In this document: piece by piece, positions 22,880 through 32,195 of the stretch | How positions within the stretch are numbered: the first letter of the stretch is position 1 | Layout: every line of letters begins with the position of its first letter | Assembly (NCBI GenBank): GCA_964291215.2 | Contig: OZ219791.1 | Location: 2,752,001-2,816,000, forward strand | DNA length: 64,000 nucleotides | Direction: 5' to 3' | From: Alphaproteobacteria bacterium | GTDB lineage: Bacteria; Pseudomonadota; Alphaproteobacteria; MPNO01; UBA830 | Program-made: the position numbers and the translations under genes | Notes under the pieces: model-generated | Told to the model about the DNA's origin: nothing | The model's database searches: none | The model's input: only the letters and a program-made list of their open reading frames with translations

Positions 22880-24073
22880 TCAGGTTACCCGCGCACGGGC
22901 CTTGTATTTCAGGTCGCACCAGAGTTCTTGCGCGATCACGGTTTCGAGGGTCTCGGCGGCTGCGAGCACGTCCGCCTCGTCGATGTAGAGGGGCGTGAAG
23001 CCGAAGCGCATGATGTCCGGCGCACGGAAGTCCCCGATTACACCCCGGTCGATGAGCGCCTGCATGGCGGAATAGCCGTGCTCGAAGGTGAAGGAAACCT
23101 GCGAGCCGCGTTCGGCCGGGTTGCGTGGCGAGGCAAGCGCGAGGCCGGGACAGCGGGCCTCGACCTCGGCAATAAACAGCTCCGAGAGCGCAATCGAGGC
23201 CCCACGAATGTCCGCCATGTCAACGCCTTCCCATACGTTCAGCGCCTGGTCCAGAATGGCGAGTTGCACGATGGGTGGCGTGCCGACCCGGAGCCGCTCG
23301 GTTGACATGGCGGGACGGTAGTTGATCTCCATGGCGAAGGGCGCATCGTGGCCGAGCCAGCCGGCGAGCGCTGGCTCCACTGCCTCGATGATGTCCGGGC
23401 GGACATAGATGAAGGCCGGGGCGCCGGGCCCGCCGTTCAGGTATTTGTAGGTGCAGCCGGCGGCGAACTCGGCCCGGCACCCGGCCATGTCTATCTGCAC
23501 TGCGCCAGCGCTGTGTGCGAGGTCCCAGATCATCACCGCGCCTGCGGTGTGGGCGGCCCGCGTGACCGCGCCCATGTCGTGCATCCGCCCGGTGCGGTAG
23601 TCGACGTGCGTCAGCATGACCGCCGCCACCTCGTCGGTGATGCTGTTCGGCAGGTTCTCTGGGGCCGGCGTGCGCAACTCGTAGTCCTTGCCGATCGTGC
23701 GGATCAGCCCTTTGGCCATATAGAGGTCGGACGGGAAGTTTCCCGAGTCCGAGAGGATCACCCTGCGTTCGGGGCGCATCTTCAGGGCCGAGGCCAGTGC
23801 CTGATAGACCTTGATCGACAGCGTGTCGCCGGTTGTGATGGAGCCCTCGGGCGCGCCGACCAGCCGGGCGATCCGGTCGCCCACATGCTGCGGCAGCGCC
23901 ATCCAGTCGGCCGTGTTCCATGCCCGGATAAGCTCGCGCCCCCATTCCCTGCCGATCACGGTCTGAGTGCGTTCGAGGGTGCTCTTCGCCAGCGGCCCGA
24001 GTGAGTTGCCGTCCAGATAGATCACGCCTTCGGGGAGGTCGAAAAGTTCTTTCTTGGGAAGCGTCCGGGACAT
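22880..24073 (-). CDS. kynU: Kynureninase
   Basis: IYLDGNSLG, NFPSDLY, WDLAHSAG, GCTYKYLNGGPG, RGSQVS. Confidence 0.95.
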   Translation of the reverse strand: MSRTLPKKELFDLPEGVIYLDGNSLGPLAKSTLERTQTVIGREWGRELIRAWNTADWMALPQHVGDRIARLVGAPEGSITTGDTLSIKVYQALASALKMRPERRVILSDSGNFPSDLYMAKGLIRTIGKDYELRTPAPENLPNSITDEVAAVMLTHVDYRTGRMHDMGAVTRAAHTAGAVMIWDLAHSAGAVQIDMAGCRAEFAAGCTYKYLNGGPGAPAFIYVRPDIIEAVEPALAGWLGHDAPFAMEINYRPAMSTERLRVGTPPIVQLAILDQALNVWEGVDMADIRGASIALSELFIAEVEARCPGLALASPRNPAERGSQVSFTFEHGYSAMQALIDRGVIGDFRAPDIMRFGFTPLYIDEADVLAAAETLETVIAQELWCDLKYKARARVT

Positions 24074-24076
24074 GGC

Positions 24077-24916
24077 TCAGAGGTCTCCGCGCAGATGCCA
24101 GAGTTCGGGAAACAGTTCGACATCCAGCATGCGGCGCAGATAGGGGACGCCGGAGGTGCCGCCGGTGCCGCGCTTCGAGCCGATTACCCGTTCCACTGTG
24201 GTGACATGGTTAAAACGCCAGCGGCGGAAATAATCCTCCAGATCGACCAGCTTTTCGCCGAGTTCGTAGAGCGTCCAGTATTTGTCGATGTTTTCGTAAA
24301 CGATTTTCCATCTTGCTTGGACTTCCGGCACGGCCTGGCGGGGCGTGTCGAGGTTGGGTGCGGGCAGGGCGGCTGTCGAGCCGTCGACAGTCCTGAACAG
24401 CAGGCGGACGACCTCATCGTAGAAGCTTGGCCGCGCCAGTTCGTCCGAGAGCATCCTGTGGATTTCTGGCGTGTGTTCGTGGGGCTTCAGCATGTTCACA
24501 TTCCGGTTGCCCAGCAGATACTCGATCATCCGGTATTGCCAGGACTGCATGCCCGACGACGGCCCGAGCTCCTCCCGGAACCGCGTATAGTCAGCAGGCG
24601 TCATGGTCCGCAGCACGTCCCACGCGCTGTTAAGCTGCTCGAAAATGCGGCTGATCCGCGCTAGCATCTTGAAGAGTTGCGCTGTACGGCCCTTGCGCAA
24701 CTCTTCCCGCGCGGCAACCAACTCGTGAATGACGAGTTTCATCCAGAGCTCGCTGGTCTGGTGCTGGATGACGAACAGCATCTCGTCATGCGCGTCGCTG
24801 AGGGGCTGCTGCTGCCCGAGCAGGCGATCCAACTTCAGATAGTCGCCATAGGACATCTCGTCGGCGAAGTCCGTCTTCGCGCCGTCAACGCTCGGATCGT
24901 AAGCCTCTCCGCTCAT
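24077..24916 (-). CDS. kynA: Tryptophan 2,3-dioxygenase
   Basis: YGDYLKLD, HDEMLFVIQHQTSELW, WRFNHVTTVERVIG, GTGGTSG. Confidence 0.95.
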   Translation of the reverse strand: MSGEAYDPSVDGAKTDFADEMSYGDYLKLDRLLGQQQPLSDAHDEMLFVIQHQTSELWMKLVIHELVAAREELRKGRTAQLFKMLARISRIFEQLNSAWDVLRTMTPADYTRFREELGPSSGMQSWQYRMIEYLLGNRNVNMLKPHEHTPEIHRMLSDELARPSFYDEVVRLLFRTVDGSTAALPAPNLDTPRQAVPEVQARWKIVYENIDKYWTLYELGEKLVDLEDYFRRWRFNHVTTVERVIGSKRGTGGTSGVPYLRRMLDVELFPELWHLRGDL

Positions 24917-24980
24917 CGCTTTTCCCCGTTCTCCGACCCTGGACCTTTATGTCCGATTGTAGTCCGGCCTGGTCACCCTG

Positions 24981-25098
24981 CACGACGGTCCCATGCTAAT
25001 TCGGAGACGCGAAATCCGAATGCGCTGGGGCTCGGATCATCACAGATCGCCTCTTTGATCGCAATTTTCGTGCCGAGAAAGTCCCATCGAGCCTTGGC
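24981..25098. repeat. Repeat A, copy 1 (about 115 bp; direct repeat of 27623-27734)
   Basis: By-eye alignment: 9 substitutions and one 6-bp indel. Confidence 0.85.
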
Positions 25099-25248
25099 GG
25101 TACGATTGCAGCGCGACGCAAACTGTAAAAATCTCGCCAGTCGTCGCCGGATTAGCAGCGTGGGATCACCGTGGATAACGGGCGCACGCTCAGTACGTCT
25201 TGCTCACGTTGGCGGCATCTTACCCGATCGTGCGCAGGTCCTTCCGCG

Positions 25249-26379
25249 TCAGGTACCCAGGTAAGTTGCCAATGCCTCGCAAATGCGCGCTGCGGCCTTG
25301 CCATCACCGTAGGGGTTGGGCGCAGCAGCGATTCGTGCATATTCCTTCTCATCGTCAAGGAGATATTCGCACGCGTCCACAATCGCGTTGCGCTCGGTTC
25401 CGACACGGACTAGGCAGCCGGCTTCAACACCCTCGTTGCGCTCGGTTCGATCGCGCAATACGAGAACAGGTCGATCAAGCGACGGAGCCTCTTCCTGAAC
25501 ACCACCAGAGTCGCTCAGGATAAGGTGAGCGCGCGCCATCAGGTCAATGAAGGAACGATATGGCTGAGGAGGAATCACGTTGAAATTCGGTCTGGCTGCG
25601 GCACAGACTTCCATGATCGCCTTCTGCACGCCGGGGTTCGGGTGCCCAATCAACACCACGTCTGTTTCAGGGCGTCGAGCAGCAAGGTCGACGATTGCGC
25701 CAAGCATGTCACGAATGGTTTCACCAAGGACCTCGCGGCGATGAAGTGTCACCAATACGTACCGGCGGTCGGCTCTGCGTTCGGGCCAGAGCATTGTCGG
25801 CGCATCCATACCGTCGACCCGATTTCGGGTTACAACTTGCAGCAAGGCATCGATGATGGTGTTCCCTGTTACCGTGACCCGGTTTCTTCCTATGTTTTCG
25901 GCATACAGTGCCTCGGCCGCCTGCTTGGTGGGGGCGAAATGCAGATCCGCCAGGCGGGATACCATCTGGCGATTTGCTTCCTCGGGGAACGGAGAAGCAA
26001 GACTGCCGCTGCGCAGCCCGGCCTCTACATGCCCGATCATCACTCTTCGATAATGGCCTGAAAGGGCGCCCATGAGGCAGCTGGTGGTGTCGCCCTGAAC
26101 CAGCACTGCTTCAGGGTTGACGCGATCGAAGGTCTCCTCAAGTTGCCCCAGCAGCGTTGCGCTTAATATGGACAGTGACTGGTCGGGTCGCATCACGTCG
26201 AGTCGCTCGTCCGGCTTGATGCCGAAGAAGTCCAAAATTGAATCGACCATCTCGGAACCATGCTGACCGGTAAGGCATACCACGGGGTTGAGAACCGGGT
26301 GTGAACGCAGTTCGGAGATGACAGGGGCAAGCTTGATCACTTCGGGCCTAGTCCCGAGGATCACGAGCACGGGTTTCAT
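25249..26379 (-). CDS. wecB: UDP-N-acetylglucosamine 2-epimerase (non-hydrolysing)
   Basis: GTRPEVIKLAP, TGQH, VQGDT, HVEAGLRS, PFPEE, SDSGGVQEEAP. Confidence 0.93.
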   Translation of the reverse strand: MKPVLVILGTRPEVIKLAPVISELRSHPVLNPVVCLTGQHGSEMVDSILDFFGIKPDERLDVMRPDQSLSILSATLLGQLEETFDRVNPEAVLVQGDTTSCLMGALSGHYRRVMIGHVEAGLRSGSLASPFPEEANRQMVSRLADLHFAPTKQAAEALYAENIGRNRVTVTGNTIIDALLQVVTRNRVDGMDAPTMLWPERRADRRYVLVTLHRREVLGETIRDMLGAIVDLAARRPETDVVLIGHPNPGVQKAIMEVCAAARPNFNVIPPQPYRSFIDLMARAHLILSDSGGVQEEAPSLDRPVLVLRDRTERNEGVEAGCLVRVGTERNAIVDACEYLLDDEKEYARIAAAPNPYGDGKAAARICEALATYLGT

Positions 26380-27491
26380 CGTGATACCGCTTCTTCCATG
26401 ATCTCACGCGTCCGTTCGGCGATCCGGAGCCAGGAAAATTCCGAGACGGCCTTCTGCCGTGCCGCGTCGCCGAAGGCCTGCCTGCGCTCTGGCGCCTCAA
26501 CCAGTTTGCGGATTGCCGCGCCCAGCGCGTCGGGGGAGTTGGCAGGTGCCAGAAAACCGGTGATTCCATCTGAAATCAGATCCGGGATCCCACCGACATT
26601 GGTGCCAACGAGACTCAGTCCGCAGGCCATGGCCTCAAGGCCGGCGATACTTGTTGCTTCCATGAGCGACGGCAGAACCGCAAGATCGGCGCCGCTGTAT
26701 ATTTCCGGCATGTCGGCGTTGGGTACCGAGCCTAGGAAATGGACCCGTTCGGCGATGTCGAGTTCAGCAAAAATTCTGCCCATGGCGACACGCTCCGAAC
26801 CATCTCCGGCAATTACGATCCTGAAACGTGAATCGGACAGCATTCTGCAGGCTCGCGCAAAATCCGATACTCCGTTCTTCTCCACTAGGCGGCGGGCCAG
26901 CAGGACGACAGTTTCGTCGCTGCTCACATTCCAGGCCCGTCGAGCTCGCTCGCGGGCATCGGCGTGAAGGGAAAACTTTTCAGTATCTACGCCATTGGCA
27001 ACGTAATGGGCAGGACCCGTGTATCCGATCGTGCGAGTAGCGGCCAGGAGCTCGCGACTAGGTGCGATTACTGTGGCCACATGACTGAGTTGCTTGGCGG
27101 TGCGAGCCCTGCGCGTTGCCGAGCCCGCCAGCCGTTTCAGGAAACCCGAGGTGTGATTGGTGAAGACTACGGGGATGTTTCGAATAAATTTCGTTGCCGC
27201 CAAGGGTTTCATGCCATGAACATGGATGACATCGGGTCTTGCCGATGCCACATAGCGGCGTAACCAGATGGCGAGTTGTAGATCGAAGAACGGTTTGCCC
27301 GAAACCCGGAAGTGTTTCCGGTATATGGGAAATCCCAGTGTGTACTCGGCACTATCCTCCTTGCCTTGGCTCGGCGTAAGAACCACGACCTGATCTTGAA
27401 GAATGTCAAGATGACGTGCCAACTCGTAAACGTGAGTAGCGATTCCGCCGATTTGGGGTGGAAATTCGCTGGTAAGAAAGAGGATGTTCAT
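26376..27491 (-). CDS. Glycosyltransferase family 4
   Basis: FPPQIGGI, NGVD, RRLVEKNG, LEAMACG, GGIPDLI. Confidence 0.9.
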   Translation of the reverse strand: MNILFLTSEFPPQIGGIATHVYELARHLDILQDQVVVLTPSQGKEDSAEYTLGFPIYRKHFRVSGKPFFDLQLAIWLRRYVASARPDVIHVHGMKPLAATKFIRNIPVVFTNHTSGFLKRLAGSATRRARTAKQLSHVATVIAPSRELLAATRTIGYTGPAHYVANGVDTEKFSLHADARERARRAWNVSSDETVVLLARRLVEKNGVSDFARACRMLSDSRFRIVIAGDGSERVAMGRIFAELDIAERVHFLGSVPNADMPEIYSGADLAVLPSLMEATSIAGLEAMACGLSLVGTNVGGIPDLISDGITGFLAPANSPDALGAAIRKLVEAPERRQAFGDAARQKAVSEFSWLRIAERTREIMEEAVSR

Positions 27492-27496
27492 ATCCT

Positions 27497-27605
27497 TGAC
27501 CTGCCCCCGTCGACTGGTCCGGGGTGAATCTTAGCGAATTGAGGATTTCTCCGCTAGGCTGGCCGTTCGGCGGAGCGTAGGGAGCCGGGCGGCCAGCCTA
27601 GCGTG
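27497..27605 (-). promoter_or_regulatory. Repeat B, copy 1: putative promoter/leader upstream of GT4, with internal hairpin
   Basis: Homologous to 30385-30454; minus strand has a -10-like GCTAAGAT; perfect 13-bp arms GCTAGGCTGGCCG/CGGCCAGCCTAGC at 27553-27602. Confidence 0.55.
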
Positions 27606-27622
27606 ACGATCGTCTCGGGTGC

Positions 27623-27734
27623 CACGACGATCCCATACTAATTCAGAGACGCGAAATGCGTTGGGGCTCGGCTCATCACAGATCGCCTCCTTGATCGTAA
27701 TTTTCGTGCCAAGAAGGTCCCATCGAGCCTTGGC
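27623..27734. repeat. Repeat A, copy 2
   Basis: Direct repeat of 24981-25098. Confidence 0.85.
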
Positions 27735-27824
27735 AGCACGAAAGCGGGATTCTTTGTCTCCTCTATATCACGATTTCGCCAATAGAATCGCGCGGTCGTG
27801 CATTTTTGGGCAGGCACGAATTAG

Positions 27825-29149
27825 GCAAGCGCTCGTTCGTGCGGTGAGGTGTTGTTGTTTTCGTCCGTTTGACGGGCTTTTGTCAGGGAGTTCCAGCGTG
27901 CACCCGGAGCCGGCGCCGCAAGTCCGACAGGTGGCGGCCAGCCACAAGGGAGCCACTCCGGAGCAGGCCGAAAGCCCGGACCACATCGTCGATCATGATC
28001 CTTGCGCCTGCAAGGGCTGCGGCGCGCCGCTGTCGGATGATGATCGTCACGCAGAACCCGTCTGTCGGTAGGTCTTCGACGTGCCGCAGCCCCTCGAGGT
28101 CACCGAACATCGCTGCCTTTGCGCCGCCTGCGCCACCGTGACAACAGGCGCCTTCCCGCACGGCGCCCCGGTACGGGCCGCGCATCACCGCGTGGGTCTG
28201 TCGCACGCCCGGTTCATTCCCGAGCAGCGCGTCGCCGAGGTCATGAGCGACCTCTTCGCGGTCAGGATCTCAAAGGCCACCATCGCCGCCATGAGCCAGC
28301 GCACCGCCCGGCGCTTCAAGGACTTCCTCGATCATGTCGCAGAGATCATCCGCACCCGGGCACCGGTCAAACACCTCGACGAGACCGGCATCCGCATCGC
28401 CGGCCGGACCCGGTGGCTCGATGTGCCGTGCACCCCGCTGCTCACCATCCTGCGCGTCGCCTCCGGGCGCCGCCACATCGACGAGAAGCTCAACGGCATC
28501 GTCATCCATGACGACTACGCCACCTGCTTCGCTCTCGAGGGCGTGCGCCACGGCGCCTGCAACGCCCATCACCTGCACGAACTCCAGGCCCGATCGAGAA
28601 GGAAGACCGGGCCACCGCGATGCACCTGCTCCTCATCCGTGCCAACAGAGCCGCCCGCTTCGCCCGCAAGAACAACCGCGACATGCCTGCTTCACGGGGC
28701 GCCCGAATCTCGCAAGCCCGGGACAGGATTCTCGAGCGTGCCATCGCTTCCCACGAAGACAGGCCGCCGCTCCAGCCCGCAAGGCGCGGACGACAAAGAC
28801 GCCGCATCGGTCACAACCTCGCGCTCCCGCTCCGCAAACACAAGGACGGGTGCCTGCGCTTCCTCACCGACCCCCGTTCTCCGACAACGAGGCGCGACCT
28901 CCGGATGGGCAAGCTGCGGCAGAAGATCTCGGGCGGCTTTCGCTCCATGCAAGGCGCTTCGCCAACCTGCGATCCGTCATCGCCACCGCCCGAAAACAGG
29001 ACTGGAATGTCCTCGAAACCCTGGCCTACCCCGACCCCATCCAGCTGATCCCGAAACCGCGCTTGTGAAATCCCTCCTCGGCGCCACCACACCGGAACCA
29101 TCAATCCACCGCCTGTGAGCGCTCGCCGAAATCAAACCTGGGCAGTTAC
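27825..29149 (+). mobile_element. Third IS66-type element, degenerate
   Basis: CACKGCG, VTEHRCLCAAC, HLDETGIRIAG, IHDDY, CNAHHLHEL, LRQKISGGFRS; right end CTGGGCAGTTAC; left boundary approximate. Confidence 0.8.
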
Positions 29150-30249
29150 AATAGCTCTTCGTAAACAGAGAGAGTGTCTGCACACATATGTGCAAGGGTG
29201 AAGCGGGCAAGCACATGTGCGCGGGCCCTTGCTGCGAAGACGGGACCCAATGCGGCAAGTGAGAGGCGAATACCGTCAGCGAGGCTATCCGCGTCTCCAG
29301 GAGGGACGAGCCACCCGGTCTCACCGTCAAGGATGATTTCTCGCGCGCCGCCGTGATTGCTGGCAACGACGGGCAGCCCCATGGCTCCGGCCTCGGCCAT
29401 AACACGGCCAAACGCTTCCGGTTCGACCGATGCGGAGACCACGACATCGCTCGCAGCATATGTTGCTGTCATGTTGGCGGCGTGGTTTGCAAAGTGCACA
29501 GGCAGGCCATCCGCGAGTTCCCGCAATTCTCGACGATAACCTTCTCGCCCCCCCCCGGCAAAAACCGCCACGACATTCATATCGTCCAGACGCCGTATCG
29601 CCTCGATCATAATTGGATGACCTTTCAAGCGGGTGAGACGTCCCGGCAGGAGTACTACATATGCCCCTGTCGGAATCCCCCAGGCCGAACGCAGCGCCGC
29701 TTTTTCGCTGGGAGAGACAATAGCAGGGTCGAATACGGCCGGATCAACGCCGCGATACACCACTCTTATGCGACCTGCCGGGCAATCGTAAATGTCGCGC
29801 ATATGTGCAGCGATGAAATCAGAGACCGCGATGACCCGATCGCCACGAACCATGATTCGGTTGTAGGCCCGTTTAGCTGCACTGCTGGCATGGTAGGTAC
29901 CGTGGAAGGTGGTGACGAAAGGAACTCTTGCATGTCGAGCTGCTGCTCTTGCGCTCCATGCCGGGGCACGCGAGCGAGCGTGGACAAGGTCTACCTTTTC
30001 TTGTGCGATCAGGGCTTCCAGTTTGGCCACATTGCGCCAGAGAATAAACGGGTTCTTGGTATCGACGGGTAGGCGGATATGGTGGTTGCCAAGTTCTGCT
30101 GCCATCCGTCCGCCTGCAGAGACAACCAGCGACCTTGCTCCAGCCTCGCGCAAGGCCGAGGCAATCTCAAGCGTTCCCCGTTCAACTCCGCCCGTCTCCA
30201 GCGCAGGGAGGACTTGAAGTACGGTCTTGCCCTCTATTTGCCCCTTCAT
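29146..30249 (-). CDS. Glycosyltransferase family 4
   Basis: VLQVLPALETGGVERG, HARSRAPAW, TTFHG, PGRLTRLKGH, EPEAFGRVMAEA; stop codon lies within the IS66 end. Confidence 0.9.
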   Translation of the reverse strand: MKGQIEGKTVLQVLPALETGGVERGTLEIASALREAGARSLVVSAGGRMAAELGNHHIRLPVDTKNPFILWRNVAKLEALIAQEKVDLVHARSRAPAWSARAAARHARVPFVTTFHGTYHASSAAKRAYNRIMVRGDRVIAVSDFIAAHMRDIYDCPAGRIRVVYRGVDPAVFDPAIVSPSEKAALRSAWGIPTGAYVVLLPGRLTRLKGHPIMIEAIRRLDDMNVVAVFAGGGREGYRRELRELADGLPVHFANHAANMTATYAASDVVVSASVEPEAFGRVMAEAGAMGLPVVASNHGGAREIILDGETGWLVPPGDADSLADGIRLSLAALGPVFAARARAHVLARFTLAHMCADTLSVYEELL

Positions 30250-30384
30250 TGAGGATGAACACGTGGCACAGTGTTTCGTCATAACAGAACGTTGTGATAC
30301 AGGACACCAACCTATAGCGATGAGTCGTCGACAGTCGTCTGCGAGTCGATATCACGCTAGCATTCACTGACAGCAACGGACCAA

Positions 30385-30454
30385 TGACCTGCTCCCGTCG
30401 ACGGGCCCAAGGTGAATGTTAGCGCATTGAGGATTTCTCCGCCAGCCTAGCGTG
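30385..30454 (-). promoter_or_regulatory. Repeat B, copy 2 (hairpin absent)
   Basis: TGACCTGCTCCCGTCGAC...GGTGAATGTTAGCGCATTGAGGATTTCTCCGCCAGCCTAGCGTG aligns with 27497-27605. Confidence 0.55.
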
Positions 30455-30595
30455 GTCGCCATTGCGTCGGGAATCGCCCGGCTTCGATGAAGAACAGTTG
30501 CGGGGCAGCGCGAATTTCTGTATCTGGATCGAAACAAATGTGCTGGCCGATCCTGCTCTCCGACCACAGGGGCTTGGCTGGCAGTCTGGGCGGCT

Positions 30596-31921
30596 ATGAA
30601 CACCACAGCGAAACCCGAAGCCCTCAAGACATTTATCGAAAAGATCGAAAATCGAACGGCGCGGGTCGGCATACTTGGTCTCGGCTATGTCGGGATTCCT
30701 CTTGCCATTGCGATCGCCAGGCAGGGATTTCCGGTCCTCGGCTTCGATGTCCTCAAGAAGCGGACAAGAGAGGTCAATCTCGGCAAGAGCCCGATTAAGC
30801 AGTTTTCCGACGACGAAATCGCGCATATTCTGGCAAGCGGCTTCGAGGCGACGAGCGAGTTTGGCCGGACCGGTGAATGCGACGCGCTCATCATTTGCGT
30901 ACCGACACCGCTCGACACGTCGCGCGAACCCGATCTCAGTTTCGTTACCGCGACCATGGATGTCATATCGCGGCATTTTCGCGCCGGGCAGTTCCTGTCC
31001 TTGGAGAGCACGAGCTGGCCTGGGACGACGCGGGAGGTGTTGCTTCCATATGTCGCGAAGGCCGGGTGCTCGGCCGGCAAGGATTTCTTTCTCGTCTATT
31101 CACCCGAACGCGAGGATCCGGGCAATAGCGACTTCAATACAAAGACGATACCCAAGATCGTCGGTGGTACGACCGAGAACTGCCTTGAGGCCGGGTGCGC
31201 GCTCTATGGCTCCTTCGTCGACACTGTGGTGTCCGTGAGTTCCACCGATACGGCTGAACTGGTGAAGCTCGTCGAGAACATTCACCGGGCGGTCAATATT
31301 GGCCTCGTCAACGAGATGAAGATCGTGGCCGATGCGATGGACCTGGACATATTCGAGGTGATCGATGCAGCAAAGACCAAACCGTTCGGCTTTGAGGCCT
31401 ACTATCCGGGACCGGGCATCGGCGGGCACTGCATTCCTATCGACCCGTTCTACCTCACATGGAAGGCCCGCGAGTTCGGGATCCACACGCGCTTCATTGA
31501 ACTCGCGGGAGAGATCAACGCCTCAATGCCACAATACGTGGTCGACAAGCTCATCCAAGCCTTGAACCAGGCCGGGAAACCGCTGAACGGCGCCAGGGTG
31601 CTGGTCCTCGGCGTTGCCTACAAACGCGATATGGATGACATGCGCGAAAGCCCGTCCGTATTCATCATGGAAAGGCTTCGCGACTGGGGCGCGACCGTGC
31701 ACTATTCCGATCCGAACGTACCGGTATTCCCGACGATGCGCGGACACAGCTTCGACCTCGCGTCAGTTGAACTGACGGCGGAGAATATCGCTGGATACGA
31801 TGCGGTCATGCTGCTGACGGACCACAGTGATTTCGACTACGAGTTGATACGCCGGAACTCGGCAATCCTCATCGACACGCGTGGCAGGTTCCGCAGGTTC
31901 GCAGGCGTGGTGCGGGCATGA
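30596..31921 (+). CDS. Nucleotide-sugar dehydrogenase (UDP-GlcNAc 6-dehydrogenase, WbpA-like)
   Basis: [42 protein letters not shown]. Confidence 0.9.
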   Translation: MNTTAKPEALKTFIEKIENRTARVGILGLGYVGIPLAIAIARQGFPVLGFDVLKKRTREVNLGKSPIKQFSDDEIAHILASGFEATSEFGRTGECDALIICVPTPLDTSREPDLSFVTATMDVISRHFRAGQFLSLESTSWPGTTREVLLPYVAKAGCSAGKDFFLVYSPEREDPGNSDFNTKTIPKIVGGTTENCLEAGCALYGSFVDTVVSVSSTDTAELVKLVENIHRAVNIGLVNEMKIVADAMDLDIFEVIDAAKTKPFGFEAYYPGPGIGGHCIPIDPFYLTWKAREFGIHTRFIELAGEINASMPQYVVDKLIQALNQAGKPLNGARVLVLGVAYKRDMDDMRESPSVFIMERLRDWGATVHYSDPNVPVFPTMRGHSFDLASVELTAENIAGYDAVMLLTDHSDFDYELIRRNSAILIDTRGRFRRFAGVVRA

Positions 31922-32195
31922 TCCTTTGGTCCTCTCGTTGATTTCGGGGCCTTGCCCGCCATCCGGACGGCGGCCTCGTCCCGCAGGAAAGTTTCGGCTT
32001 GAACCGCCGGGCGCGGGGCGTATTATCGTCGCCGAGTTGGCAGGAACGTCTTCTGCGACGCTGCGGTCGGGGCAGACGTTTTCGATCCCACGCCGGTGGC
32101 CGGCTGGACTGCCGGCGCGGACTGCAGATGCTCTTTTCCCACAGACAGTCGCCGCGAGAGATTCGGGGACGACCAGACAGGCATGGCTTACAGGC

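Noticed and set aside
27567-27578. GGCGGAGCGT as an ops/JUMPstart element
   Set aside because: Lacks the conserved T of GGCGGTAG and is on the opposite strand to the glycan genes.
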